Shown here: positions 53,119 through 64,000 of the stretch, piece after piece
Layout: each line of letters begins with the position of its first letter
How positions within the stretch are numbered: the first letter of the stretch is position 1
Assembly: GCA_964016885.1 (NCBI GenBank)
Contig: OZ024762.1
Coordinates: 27,590,001-27,654,000 of the forward strand
From: Eledone cirrhosa
Lineage: Eukaryota
Reading direction: 5' to 3'
Length of the DNA stretch: 64,000 bases
Notes under the pieces: model-generated
Databases searched by the model: none
Told to the model about the DNA's origin: nothing
The model's input: only the letters and a program-made list of their open reading frames with translations
Position numbers and translations under genes: made by a program

Positions 53119-54143
53119 GGTGAATCTGTGTGTATGTGTATATGTGTGCGTATGTGTGCATGTATGTGTGTGTGTGTGGGTGTGTCTGTGTATATGTGTG
53201 TATATATATATATATGTGTGTGTATGCGTGTGTGTGTGTATGTGTATGATTATGAATACGTGTGTGTGCGTGTATGTGCACATATCCGTATGTGTGTATA
53301 AGTGTATGTATGTGTATGTATATATGTATAACACCTTCTCCATTGCCTCTCACCTTCCCTCCATCTTTGTCCTTCGCCACCCCCACCGATACTCCCCCAC
53401 TCTCCCTATATGTGTCCGCATGTGCGCATGCACATACATGTGTGTATATATGCATATGGCTGTATATGTGTGTGTGTGGGCGAGGGTGTGCGTATGTGTT
53501 GTGTGTATTTATACATCAATATATATGCGCATATATACATGTGTGTGTGTGTATACATATATACAACGTATTTGTCAGACGAAGAGCGTCTAGCTATGTG
53601 TCTCCGTAAGGACTCGACACCACCAACACATCCACCACACCACCACAAAGCCACTGCCATAAACAACACCACAACCACACCCCCACACACCACAACCCGT
53701 CCACCGACAACCACACCACCACACACCACAGCCCATCCCAGTAAGCGACCATAGCCACCATCATATCATCACATCCACCCCCACATACACTACAGGCCAA
53801 GGCCAATCAACCACCACCACACCACAGTCCACCTCATCCACAGACCGTCACCAACATCTCACCATCACATCCACCTCCACATACACCACAGGCCAGTACA
53901 TCCCCTTGATCCTTCCCACCAATCAAAACAACTCATTTTGTCAAACTCTTGAAACTCTGGATTTACCACATAGCATGTATTTCATTTTCTTATAGCATTT
54001 TAAAAGGGTCCGTCGAGCTGCGGATTATTGTGTCGGGTAAGATCGATACAGATCGAACCTTGAGCTGAACAGTGGCGAAACGCGCGTCACCTATCAATAA
54101 ATGCAACGAAGGAGTAATCAATCGTCCTTGTTATCCTTTCAAT
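52280..54143 (+). mobile_element. C-rich, microsatellite-laden PLE-like 3' UTR ending in a decayed HHR
   Basis: Internal duplication 52390-52530 / 52720-52850; gggt CCGTCGA gctgc..gtggc GAAA cgcgcg TC acct at 54006-54092, then AATAAA. Confidence 0.55.
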
Positions 54144-54318
54144 ATATATATATATATATATATATTGTTATACTTTGGGAGGGTCATGTTGCCAATAAGA
54201 AACACACGCACCAGTTGCTTTCACTTCAATTTATTATATATTTATAAATTTACAAATTTACAAATTTATAAATTTCTGGTTTTTGGTTGGTTCCACAACC
54301 AGATAGTTGTTTATATAT

Positions 54319-54363
54319 AGTCATAGTCCTTTCGTCACACACTCTGTGACCTCTTCAGTGACT
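54319..54363 (-). ncRNA. Minimal hammerhead ribozyme
   Basis: Minus strand: agtca CTGAAGA ggtcacagagtgtgtgac GAAA ggac TA tgact. Confidence 0.78.
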
Positions 54364-54463
54364 GGGGATTCCTTTCTTTGTTTCTGTGCCTTTCCTTTTT
54401 TGAGAAACAAAATGGCGTAGGACAGAAGAAAGGAAAGGCACAGAAACAAAGAAAGGAATCCCC

Positions 54464-54508
54464 AGTCACTGAAGAGGTCACAGAGTGTGTGATGAAAGGA
54501 CTATGACT
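54464..54508 (+). ncRNA. Minimal hammerhead ribozyme
   Basis: agtca CTGAAGA ggtcacagagtgtgtgat GAAA ggac TA tgact. Confidence 0.75.
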
Positions 54509-54720
54509 ATATATAAACAACTATCTGGTTGTGGAACCAACCAACCAACCAGAAATTTATAAATTTGTAAATTTGTAAATTTATAAATATATAATAAATT
54601 GAAGTGAAAGCAACTGGTGCGTGTGTTTCTTATTGGCAACATGACCCTCCCAAAGTATAACAATATCGGTTTCAACACACGATTTCAGATAAAGAATCTT
54701 GCTAAACAAATTCAGAAACG

Positions 54721-54778
<58 letters not shown>

Positions 54779-54862
54779 AATGATATTAAATAAATGGAAA
54801 CTATATTTATAAAGCCATATTTATTCTATTATATATATTTCAAGGGTACCTTGTTATTCTGC

Positions 54863-55031
<169 letters not shown>

Positions 55032-55200
55032 CATAAATATAAATATATATTTATATATATATATATATACATATGTAGGAGGTGAGTTTTATTGTAGTAC
55101 AATAAAGCAATGCAGATATCGGATAAGAAGCACTCTACAGTTTGTAGGACTGGAGTATACATAATATAAGATCAAAAGATGGTTAAAGGAGTTCCATGTA

Positions 55201-55267
55201 TTTTATTATGCGCATTTCAAAAACAAACATCATCATGCAATAATATTTGTGTTTTCATCAGATAAAA
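55201..55267 (-). ncRNA. Hammerhead ribozyme
   Basis: Reverse complement of 55392-55458. Confidence 0.75.
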
Positions 55268-55391
55268 CAGGAGAACATGATATGAAGGCTAAAAAACACT
55301 TGTGGATAGTGCAGTTTTAAATCAACATATATGTTGATTTAAAACTGCACTATCCACAAGTGTTTTTTAGCCTTCATATCATGTTCTCCTG

Positions 55392-55458
55392 TTTTATCTG
55401 ATGAAAACACAAATATTATTGCATGATGATGTTTGTTTTTGAAATGCGCATAATAAAA
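55392..55458 (+). ncRNA. Hammerhead ribozyme
   Basis: ttttat CTGATGA aaacacaaatattattgcatgatgatgtttgttttt GAAA tgcgca TA ataaaa. Confidence 0.75.
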
Positions 55459-55520
55459 TACATGGAACTCCTTTAACCATCTTTTGATCTTATATTATAT
55501 ATATACATATATATATATAC

Positions 55521-55564
<44 letters not shown>

Positions 55565-55642
55565 ATAGATATATATATACATAAATATATATATATACAT
55601 AAATATATATATACATAAACTATATTTATAAAACCATATTTT

Positions 55643-55702
55643 TTCTATTATATATATTTCAAGGGTACCAAAAAAACTGTGGTACGCTTTCATCAGATAA
55701 AA
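55643..55702 (-). ncRNA. Minimal hammerhead ribozyme
   Basis: Minus strand: ttttat CTGATGA aagcgtacca..tggtaccctt GAAA tatata TA atagaa. Confidence 0.75.
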
Positions 55703-56632
55703 TACAAAGAGTGTTTTATAAATTTTGACATAGCCAAGGAAAATCATACCTTATCAGTTGAATATTCCTTGGGTAGTGAGATTCTAGAACGGATTTTTCA
55801 CCATATGCAAATGAATATGTAAATAATTGAAAAACTGTTATTTCAAACGCTATGGAAAGTTTAGATATATAATAATAAGAGAGAAAGAAAGAAGAAGGAA
55901 ATAAGAAAAGGAAAAATAAGAAGAAGGAAAAGGAAAAGGAAGACCACATATAACGTCAATTTATTCGAACATTTATCTATGTTTATATTTATATGGAGAA
56001 TTATGTTTGTAAGTATTTATCTTATTATATTGTAGGAGTTTAACTTTGCCTTTCATCCTTACGGGGTCGATAAAATAAAGTACCAGTAATGCACTGGTTA
56101 ATTGCTGGCCTTGTGCCTAATGTAGAAACAATTATATCGTAGTGGGTTAAATATATATATATTTTAATAGCATATGTATTTTTATTAAAAGGATAATTTA
56201 CAATTATTAGTTGTTTATAATATGAGTTACGAGGGAAATTGATTTTGTGTTTTAAATCGATAAATAAATAAATAAATAAATAGGCAGTTCAAATTTTAGA
56301 TGGTTGTTCTAATATGAGTTACGAGGGTCTTGATTTTGTATTTTATGTAAATAAATATGTAGTTAAAATTGAGAATGTTTTAAATTAAATTAACGGAGTT
56401 AGGTATAATATTTATATGATTGAAAAGGAAAGATAACTCCGATTTTATTTGTTAATCGTTAGTGTTTATTTAGTCGAAAGAAATATGGATGTTTAGGATA
56501 CATTTTGCTAAAATCAGTTAATGGTTATTAATCTACGTTTAAAGAATAGCTTTAGAGGGTGTCATTGTACTTAATAAAGAATTAAGAAATTAAAATAAAG
56601 GCTATGTCAAAATTTATAAAACACTCTTTGTA

Positions 56633-56692
56633 TTTTATCTGATGAAGGCGTACCAACGTTTTTTTGGTACCCTTGAAATATATATAATAGAA
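56633..56692 (+). ncRNA. Minimal hammerhead ribozyme
   Basis: ttttat CTGATGA aggcgtaccaa-cgttttt-ttggtaccctt GAAA tatata TA atagaa. Confidence 0.78.
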
Positions 56693-56828
56693 TAAATATG
56701 GTTTTATAAATATAGTTTCCATTTATTTAATATCATTGAATATTTACTCCAGAAATCTGTCGAGTGCTCTGAATCAGTTATAAACAGTTATATTTGTTGG
56801 ATTTCCAACAAATTAAATATCCCTTCTA

Positions 56829-56901
<73 letters not shown>

Positions 56902-57238
56902 TGGAAGTGGTCGGACGTTGTATATGTAGGTGTAGTCGGATAAACGTCGAAACGGTTGGTAGAATGCAGCGAAAATTTACAGTTATGCAGAATGACCCGT
57001 GGAGGCGTTGGGTCGACGTTCAAGCTACAAGCTTCCATGGTTACGGAGAAAATCGATGAAACAGGAATATCCCATTCAAATTGAACTGAGAAGTAAATAT
57101 TTCGAGAACGCAGAAGTAAATATTTCGAGAAACGTTGCAGCCGAAGGAAAACAGGAAGACGATATTTTGGTTCGTAAAGACGTTCCTTGGCAATGAACGG
57201 AAACAAAGCGAGGATAATACGTCGTTATGTGGAGCGTG

Positions 57239-58170
57239 AAGATCCGAGCATTTTATATTAACTAGAAATTGATTGACACATATATATATATCTAAAATAG
57301 ACATATGAAACAATCACAGGGAATAATTTGTAAAAGTGTGTAAGCACACATAGCTAGGTAGGGAACTAATTAAAGTTTAACTAGAACTTCAAAAATAGAT
57401 ACCTTATAAATGGATTAATCTTCCTTGTATATATTTCATTAAAGAAATATATTTCACCATCAATCGTTCGGTAAACCATAGTAGCCAACTCCCGGATTTT
57501 CAACAAGGTGAATTGTGATTGTTTCATATGTTTATTTTAGATATATATATATATATGTCAATCAATTTCTAGTTGATATAAAATGCTCGGATCTATTCAT
57601 TGGAATATTTGGGCTTATTCTGCAGTGGATATGGTGCATGTCTCTCTAACATGACACCCTTAATTTAATTTAATTTAATTTTGGATATATATATACGGCC
57701 CCTTAATTGTTGAGCTAACTCAGTTGAAAGGAATCGACTGCTATTTCTAGTTGTCGATAACCCTATTCACCCCATTGAGATGAAGCTGGTACAATGTGTG
57801 TATTTTTGAAAAGTGCAACACGTGCTACTAGTCATTCGCAGATTTGAATTTGCTGTGTAAACACAGATAGTTAAGTCTTCTCCCTTGTTGAAAATCCGGG
57901 AGTTGGCTACTGTGGTTTACCGATCGATTGATGGTGAAATATATTTCTTTAATGAAATATATACAAGGAAGATTAATCCATTTATAAGGTATCTATTTTT
58001 AAAGCTGTAGTTAAACTTCAATTAGTTCCCTACCTAGCTATGTGTGCTTACACACTTTTACAAATTATTATATAAAATGCTCGGATCTATTCATTGGAAT
58101 CTTGGAGCATATTCTACAGTGGATATGGTGCATGTCTCTCTGACATGACACCCTTAATTTAATTTAATTT

Positions 58171-58172
<2 letters not shown>
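57239..58172. mobile_element. Nested inverted copies of a pLTR-like family with a decayed HHR
   Basis: IRs 57241-57318 / 57514-57594 and 57322-57508 / 57883-58068; direct repeat 57577-57685 / 58069-58172; ccttg TTGAAAA..GAAA tata TA caagg. Confidence 0.7.
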
Positions 58173-58212
<40 letters not shown>

Positions 58213-58320
58213 AAATTAAATTAAATTAAATTAAATTAAGGGTGTCATGTCAGAGAGACATGCATCATAGCATGTCTCTCTGACATGACACCCTTAATTT
58301 AATTTAATTTAATTTAATTT

Positions 58321-58370
<50 letters not shown>

Positions 58371-58488
58371 AAATTAAATTAAATTAAATTAAGGGTGTCA
58401 TGTCAGAGAGACATGCTCTCTCTGACATGACACCCTTAATTTAATTTAATTTAATTTAATTTTGTATATATATATATATATATATATA
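58130..58488. repeat. Five alternating head-to-head/tail-to-tail copies of a ~45-55 bp tail separated by (TA)n
   Basis: gcatgtctctctgacatgacacccttaattt..ttg and its reverse complement alternate F-R-F-R-F. Confidence 0.9.
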
Positions 58489-59380
58489 CAGGCTTGGCAA
58501 CTTTGTGGTTGGTCGTGTTTTCCCTTATTGCGAAATTTGAAATTTAAATCGACAGAAATCGGGAAGTTATAACTTGTTTAACTCTTTAAAATTAACAATA
58601 ACCTCTTCATCAAATGAGTATCTATACTTTGACGCGATTATTTTACGTTTTTAATGGGTTTATTTTCGCTGTTTAATATATTCTTCTAAAAAACGGGACA
58701 CACACACGTGCTCTCTTTGTCTGCCATACAGAATATAGAAAGCTAGTTAAGTAACGTAATCTAATTTTAATTTTATTTTATTTTATTTTATTTTATTTTA
58801 TTTTGTGTAACGTGATTTAATATAATTGTATTTTTATTTTTAACTCAGTGAGCATATATATTTGTTATTATTTTTGATATATTGATATTGTGATAACTAC
58901 GTTTCACGATATATATATATACGGTGTCAGTTGTTTATATTTGTAAACAAGCCGATACTGCAGTTAAAATCAACTTATATAAATCCTTCGCGATTCTATA
59001 TCTTTAACTTATTTGGCTTTCATCAACTTATTTTAATCTGTTTACTTTGTCTCCTCTCCTTTTATATTTCATGTTGATATCATTTGTTTTCACTTTGTTT
59101 TGGTGTTTTGACCGCGAAATATTATTGTTTTTCGAACAACATTAATCATTGATATTTAAGGTTGTCTTTAACCGTTTCAAGTATAGGCTGCTATCTTTCA
59201 CGCTGTCTCTCTCCTTCTTTCTTTCTCTCTATCTCTCTCTCTAGATCGCACAAGCTCTTTCTCTCTCTCTCTCCCCTCTAAATCGCACCTTGAATTTCTC
59301 ACTGGACTTATCTCTCTTTCCCTCTCTAACATTTTCCCTACCCTTCCCGCTATCTCTCTCTCTCTCCGCTCTACAGCGAA

Positions 59381-59686
59381 ATGGACTGCATGCAGGGAAA
59401 AGGTGAAATTAAAAGCCAGCGAAACTGGTCAAAGATGGAACTAGCGGTTTTGATCAAAGGGTGGAGCCTGGCTGATGGGTCACCACCAAGCAAAAACATT
59501 GCGGAGACCCTGAAGAACCATGGCTTCCTGAGGACTCTGGTGCAGATAGAAAGAAAAAGAAAAGAAATCGAGAAGGCCTACGACCTCATAGCGCCACATA
59601 TGGCGATGTCCTCAAGGAGGAGAAAAATCGGGAGAAAGAGAGAGGAAAGGAAAAAGAAAAGGAAGAAAGCACAAGCACGGACCTGA
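59381..59686 (+). CDS. Myb/SANT-like (trihelix-type) small ORF with basic tail; putative ORF1 portion
   Basis: RNWSKMELAVLIKGW..IAETLKNHGFLRTLVQIERKRKEIEKAY. Confidence 0.55.
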   Translation: MDCMQGKGEIKSQRNWSKMELAVLIKGWSLADGSPPSKNIAETLKNHGFLRTLVQIERKRKEIEKAYDLIAPHMAMSSRRRKIGRKREERKKKRKKAQART

Positions 59687-62600
59687 AAGAAAATGAGATA
59701 CTCGCCGCCACAGTCAGGGAGGGCAGGCCGGGCAACCAACAAGCAAACGGTAAAGGTGAGAAGCGAAATCACCTTCCGAAAGAGAACCAAGCGCAGAGGG
59801 ACCAGTGGACAACTGTCCAAAGGAAGAACAGAAAGCTCCGAGATACTGGAAGCAAGAAAACCCAAGTAATGTGCAAGTTCTTCAGGAACGGGACCTGCTG
59901 GCATGGAGAGATAGGGATGGGCTGCAGATTCGCCCACCCCAGGCCCCAAACGAACAATGCCCATCCTACTCGCGCAACATGCCCCATCCAAAGCCAAAAC
60001 AAGCCGCTCCAGGAGTATGTTGGTATCGCGCGTGCCGCGCCAACAAGGAGAAGGCACGCACATGCCAACGAGATACAGATGGCAGCAGCAGAGCAGAAAA
60101 ATGTTTTAGTGATGGCAGAGAAGATTGTGGGACAGCTGACCTAGCTGCATCGTTTCCAGAGCCAGGGTCACCCACACCAGCACTCGAGACCACCACAATT
60201 AAGGGACCCAGAGTGGCCGCCGCTAACACCATACCGACAGCCATTGCTGGCGCCCCAAAAGTCACACCAGTGCTGCTGCTGAATGTCAGAGGCCTGGTGA
60301 AACTCACTAACATGAGTAAAATTTCCTACCTGGGAGACTTAGCCATAAGCAATCAAGCACTATGCATGGCACTAACCGAAACGCACCTGACATGCAGTAT
60401 AGCAGATGCAGAAATACATATACCGAAATACACTGTATTCCGTTCGGACAGAAAGGAGAGAACGCATGATGGGGTTGCTCTGTATATCCGTGAAGATGTC
60501 ACATCAATTGTACTGTTGACACATTCAAACTCAGTCTGTGACACACTGATAGTACATATGAAGCAACTAAAGACAGTAATATGTGTCACATATCGGCCGC
60601 CCGATGCCCCCAGTCATGAGGGTAAATTTGAGGATAGCCTCAGTAGGAAGAAGAGGTCCTTGACAAACTGGACCAGGGTCTCAACATTCTACTGCTGAGA
60701 GACTTCAACCTACCAAAGGTCAAATGGCCTGAGGGCCACCTCCTCCCTGGAATGACGTCAATAGAACAGAGACAGACGGAATCCCTGCTGGCCCTCACAC
60801 ACAGGCTGTTCATGGAACAAGCAGTACTCCAAAAGAGTACTCCAACAAGAGGCGAAAATGTACTGGACCTCTGTTTTACAAACAACTCATCCACAATTTT
60901 CTCGGATCATAACTTAGTAGAACTAATGATATGTGGTCCGAGAGAACCAACAGAGACAACCACCAAGAAGCACCGGGGCGTTATCCAGCCTTAACTTCTA
61001 CAAGGCTAAATGAAAAAAGATCAAGAGAGAAATCCGGAAGCAAATATGGAGCGAAAACAACGCTACACAAGACACCAACACACAATTTCAACACCTCATG
61101 ACAACGATACACACTATATGCAAAACGTTTGTCCCGGAGAAAAAGGCAAACAGACACAAAAATCTTATTCCCAGAGATAGGAAAATCCTTATGAGACGTA
61201 GAACCAAACTCTCAAACCAGTTGAATGCACAAGAAAACAAAAACAAGAAGGAATCCTATTTGAAACGTGCACTAGTTGACACCGAGATTGCACTCAAACT
61301 TTCCCATGAAAATGAAAGGGCAAAGAAAGAAAGCAGGGCCATAGAAAATATTAAAACAAACCCTAAGGCCTTCTTTAAATTTGCAAAAGAAACTGCCTCG
61401 GTACACTGCAAGATTGGACCACTCTTCCATACAGACGGCTCATTAACCGAAAATCCCCAAGAGATATGTGAAATACTGAACGAACAGTACAAAAGTGTGT
61501 TCACATGTCCACTGAGGCACATGCAAATAACAAACCCAGAGGAGTTCTTTGATGCCACAACACTACATGAAGAAATGGCGACCATCAACCACATAGACAT
61601 AACGGAGGAGGATGTGATATACGCCATAGATGAAATCAGATGTTGGACCTGCTGGATTCCTAGCAGTCCTCTTAAAAACATGTAAGCGGGCCTTAGCAAC
61701 TCCACTGAATACGCTCTTCAGAAGCTCCTTAACTAGCGGTATACTACCCAGGGAGCTGAAAGAAGACACAATATGCCCTATCCATAAAGGAGGTAGTAGA
61801 GCGGAGGCCAAGAACTATAGGCCAGTCTCCCTGACGTCGCATATCAGTAAGGTCATGGAGCGAGTCGTCAGAAAGAAACTGATTACTTTCCTCGAGGAAA
61901 ATGACCGCCTGACTACCACGCAAATGGCTTCCGCCCAGGAAGAAGCTGCCTTACACAGCTGCTACATCACTACGACTGGGTACTGAGACAACTACTAGAC
62001 ATCTCACATGTAGACGTGATATATCTTGACTTTGCGAAGACCTTTGACAAGGTCGACCACGGAATATGTCACAAACTACACGGACTCGGCATAACTGGAA
62101 AAGTAGGTGAGTGGCTGTATGACTTCTTAAAGGACAGAAGCCAGACAGTCGCAGCAAACGGGGTCCTCTCAAAGGAAACATTAACAACAAGTGGGGTGCC
62201 CCAAAGAGACAGTCCTGGGACCATTACTGTTTTTGGTGGCTCTATCAGACATGCCCTCTGTAGTACATACAACAACATCCCTCACTAGCTATGCTGATGA
62301 CACTAAGGTAGCACAGGAAATCAAAAACCCGTCTGACGCTGCCCTTTTACAACAAGATCTGGATGCCATATACAAGTGGGCGGAAGAAAACAACATGTAG
62401 TTTAATGCTGGCAAATTCCAAGCCCTACAATACAAACCTGCAAACACAAATACAGTACAACACAGTTACGCAGGACCAGGAGGGATCGATATCCCCGTGT
62501 CAAAATCGATACGAGACCTGGGTATAGACATGAGCGATGATGCATCTTCTTCCTCACACAGCATGAAAGTGGCGACAATGTGCAGACGACTCGCTGGCTG

Positions 62601-63180
62601 GATCTTGAGTACTTTCCGGACAAGAGACCGAGACACCATCTTGACACTATGGAGGACATTTGTCCTAAGCCGCCTGGACTATTGCTCCCAGTTGTCGTCA
62701 TCCCATAGTGTCAAACACGGAGCTTGAGGCAATCCAGCGAAGCTACACGAAGAGGATTGCCACGATGAAGGAAAATCCTGGAGGGACTAGCACCAAACTT
62801 TGGCATTGGGAGCTGGACCAACCGTCGAACAGGACGTCACTGTGTGGTGCCACTGTGTCTTCCACATCTAGAATAAGGAGCAGATATTGCAATAGCCTGG
62901 GATTCAAGGCCCCTCAACTCTTCAACAAGCTGCCGAGGGATCTGAGAGATCTGCATGATGTGGAGGTGGATGTCTTCAAGAAACATCTCGACACCTTGTT
63001 ATCCAGGATCCCGGATGAGCCCACAGCAAGGCACGAAGGAAACCTAAGGGCAGCAGCAACGAACTCCCTCTTACACCAGTGGCCAACCTATACAGGCTGG
63101 AGATAAAATGTGTAGCAACAAGGGCGGTGCCCCAGCATGGCCTCATCCGGATGGCTGGAACAGGTAAAAGAGTAAAAGAG
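59381..63180 (+). mobile_element. Near full-length degenerate CR1/L2-group LINE (Myb/SANT-like and CCCH upstream, APE, RT)
   Basis: APE: LLLNVRGL, ALTETHL, RSDR, YRPP, DFNLP, LDLCFTN, SDHNLV; RT: NYRPVSLTS, YLDFAKTFDKVDH, SGVPQ, YADDTK; (gtaaaaga)n tail. Confidence 0.9.
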
Positions 63181-63189
63181 AATATATAT

Positions 63190-63731
63190 GTCTGTCTGCG
63201 TGTATATATATATATGTCTATGTATATGTCTATGTATGTGTCTGTGAAGGGGTGTGGAAGTGGTGGCGCGTGTGTGTACTCTGTTGATTGTGGTTGGCTA
63301 TAATATATATGTCTCTGTGTATATATGTGTTTATATCGTTGTGTATATATGTATATATGTGTTTATGTGTATATATCTTTGTGTATATATGTATATATGT
63401 GTTTATGTATATATATCTTTGTGTATATATGTATATATGTGTTTATGTGTATATATCTTTGTGTATATATGTATATATGTGTTTATGTGTATATATATTT
63501 GTGTATATATGTATATATGTGTTTATGTGTATATATCTTTGTGTATATATGTATATATGTGTTTATGTGTGTATTTGTGGGATGGGGGTTGGTGGATGTG
63601 GTGGTGTGTTCTCCGTTGAGTGTGGCTGGCTGTTCATACGTGTGTGCGTGTATGTGTTTATATATATATGTGTATGTGTGTGTGTGTTTATGGGGGGTAT
63701 ACTCTGTTGATTGTGTTTGTGTACATACGTC

Positions 63732-63788
<57 letters not shown>

Positions 63789-64000
63789 ATGTGTAGATGG
63801 GTGGGTGTGCACATATATGTGTGTATATGTGTGTTCGCGTGTACATATGTACACACAAACACATACAGACTTGGATATAAGTGTGTGTGTATGTGAGTGT
63901 GGGTGTGTATGTGTGGGTGTGGCTGGGTATGTACATATGTTCATGTATGTGTGTGTTTGTGAGTACATACGTGTGTGTCTGGGTGGATGTGTACATGTGC
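63190..64000. repeat. TA/TG-rich low-complexity DNA with a 40-bp minisatellite (63341-63570)
   Basis: gtgtatatatgtatatatgtgtttatgtgtatatatcttt repeated about 6 times. Confidence 0.85.

Larger units (their letters stand above)
54162..54723. mobile_element. Palindromic double-hammerhead element (family of 3572-4202)
   Basis: Arms 54162-54400 / 54427-54667 plus a ~55 nt right extension; TA flanks. Confidence 0.85.
55161..55498. mobile_element. Perfect 338-bp spacerless palindrome carrying an HHR on each strand
   Basis: Centre atcaacata|tatgttgat (55329/55330); arms appear to be exact reverse complements. Confidence 0.9.
55617..56820 (+). mobile_element. Hammerhead element with inverted terminal pLTR-like arms (55617-55735 / 56600-56717) around a ~865-bp spacer
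   Basis: ttttataaattttgacatagcc vs ggctatgtcaaaatttataaaa; same family as 20890-21246; SINE fragment at 56037-56133 inside. Confidence 0.8.

Noticed and set aside
53574-53620. CAGACGA-agagcgtc..gactc-GACA
   Set aside because: Two core mutations and no stem I/III; too degenerate to call

Overview
This is eukaryotic, repeat-saturated DNA with no recognisable host gene. It is probably octopus or another cephalopod, inferred from tRNA-derived SINEs recognised from memory and dense (TA)n/(TG)n/(ATT)n microsatellites. Main contents: (1) a ~15.5 kb train of non-LTR retrotransposons stacked in (ATT)n repeats, comprising five R4/Dong-type RLE copies (one with an intact 1130-aa ORF), a Tx1/L1 fragment and SINEs; (2) a ~6.5 kb 28-bp satellite; (3) four Penelope-like (PLE) coding fragments; (4) CRE, RTE and CR1/L2-type LINE relics and small MITEs. 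The most striking signal is non-coding. Manual reading finds 18 hammerhead ribozyme motifs with intact CUGANGA/GAAA/UH cores and about 5 variant or degenerate ones, in roughly a dozen sequence families. Most have minimal, palindromic or near-palindromic stem III and lie in short ORF-less modules inserted in (TA)n. These modules form outward-facing palindromes with one ribozyme per strand, or circularly permuted, terminally redundant ~380-430 nt monomers. Together they suggest a retrozyme-like, PLE-mobilised (possibly circular) ribozyme RNA system. Coordinates were read by hand and may be off by a few bases.
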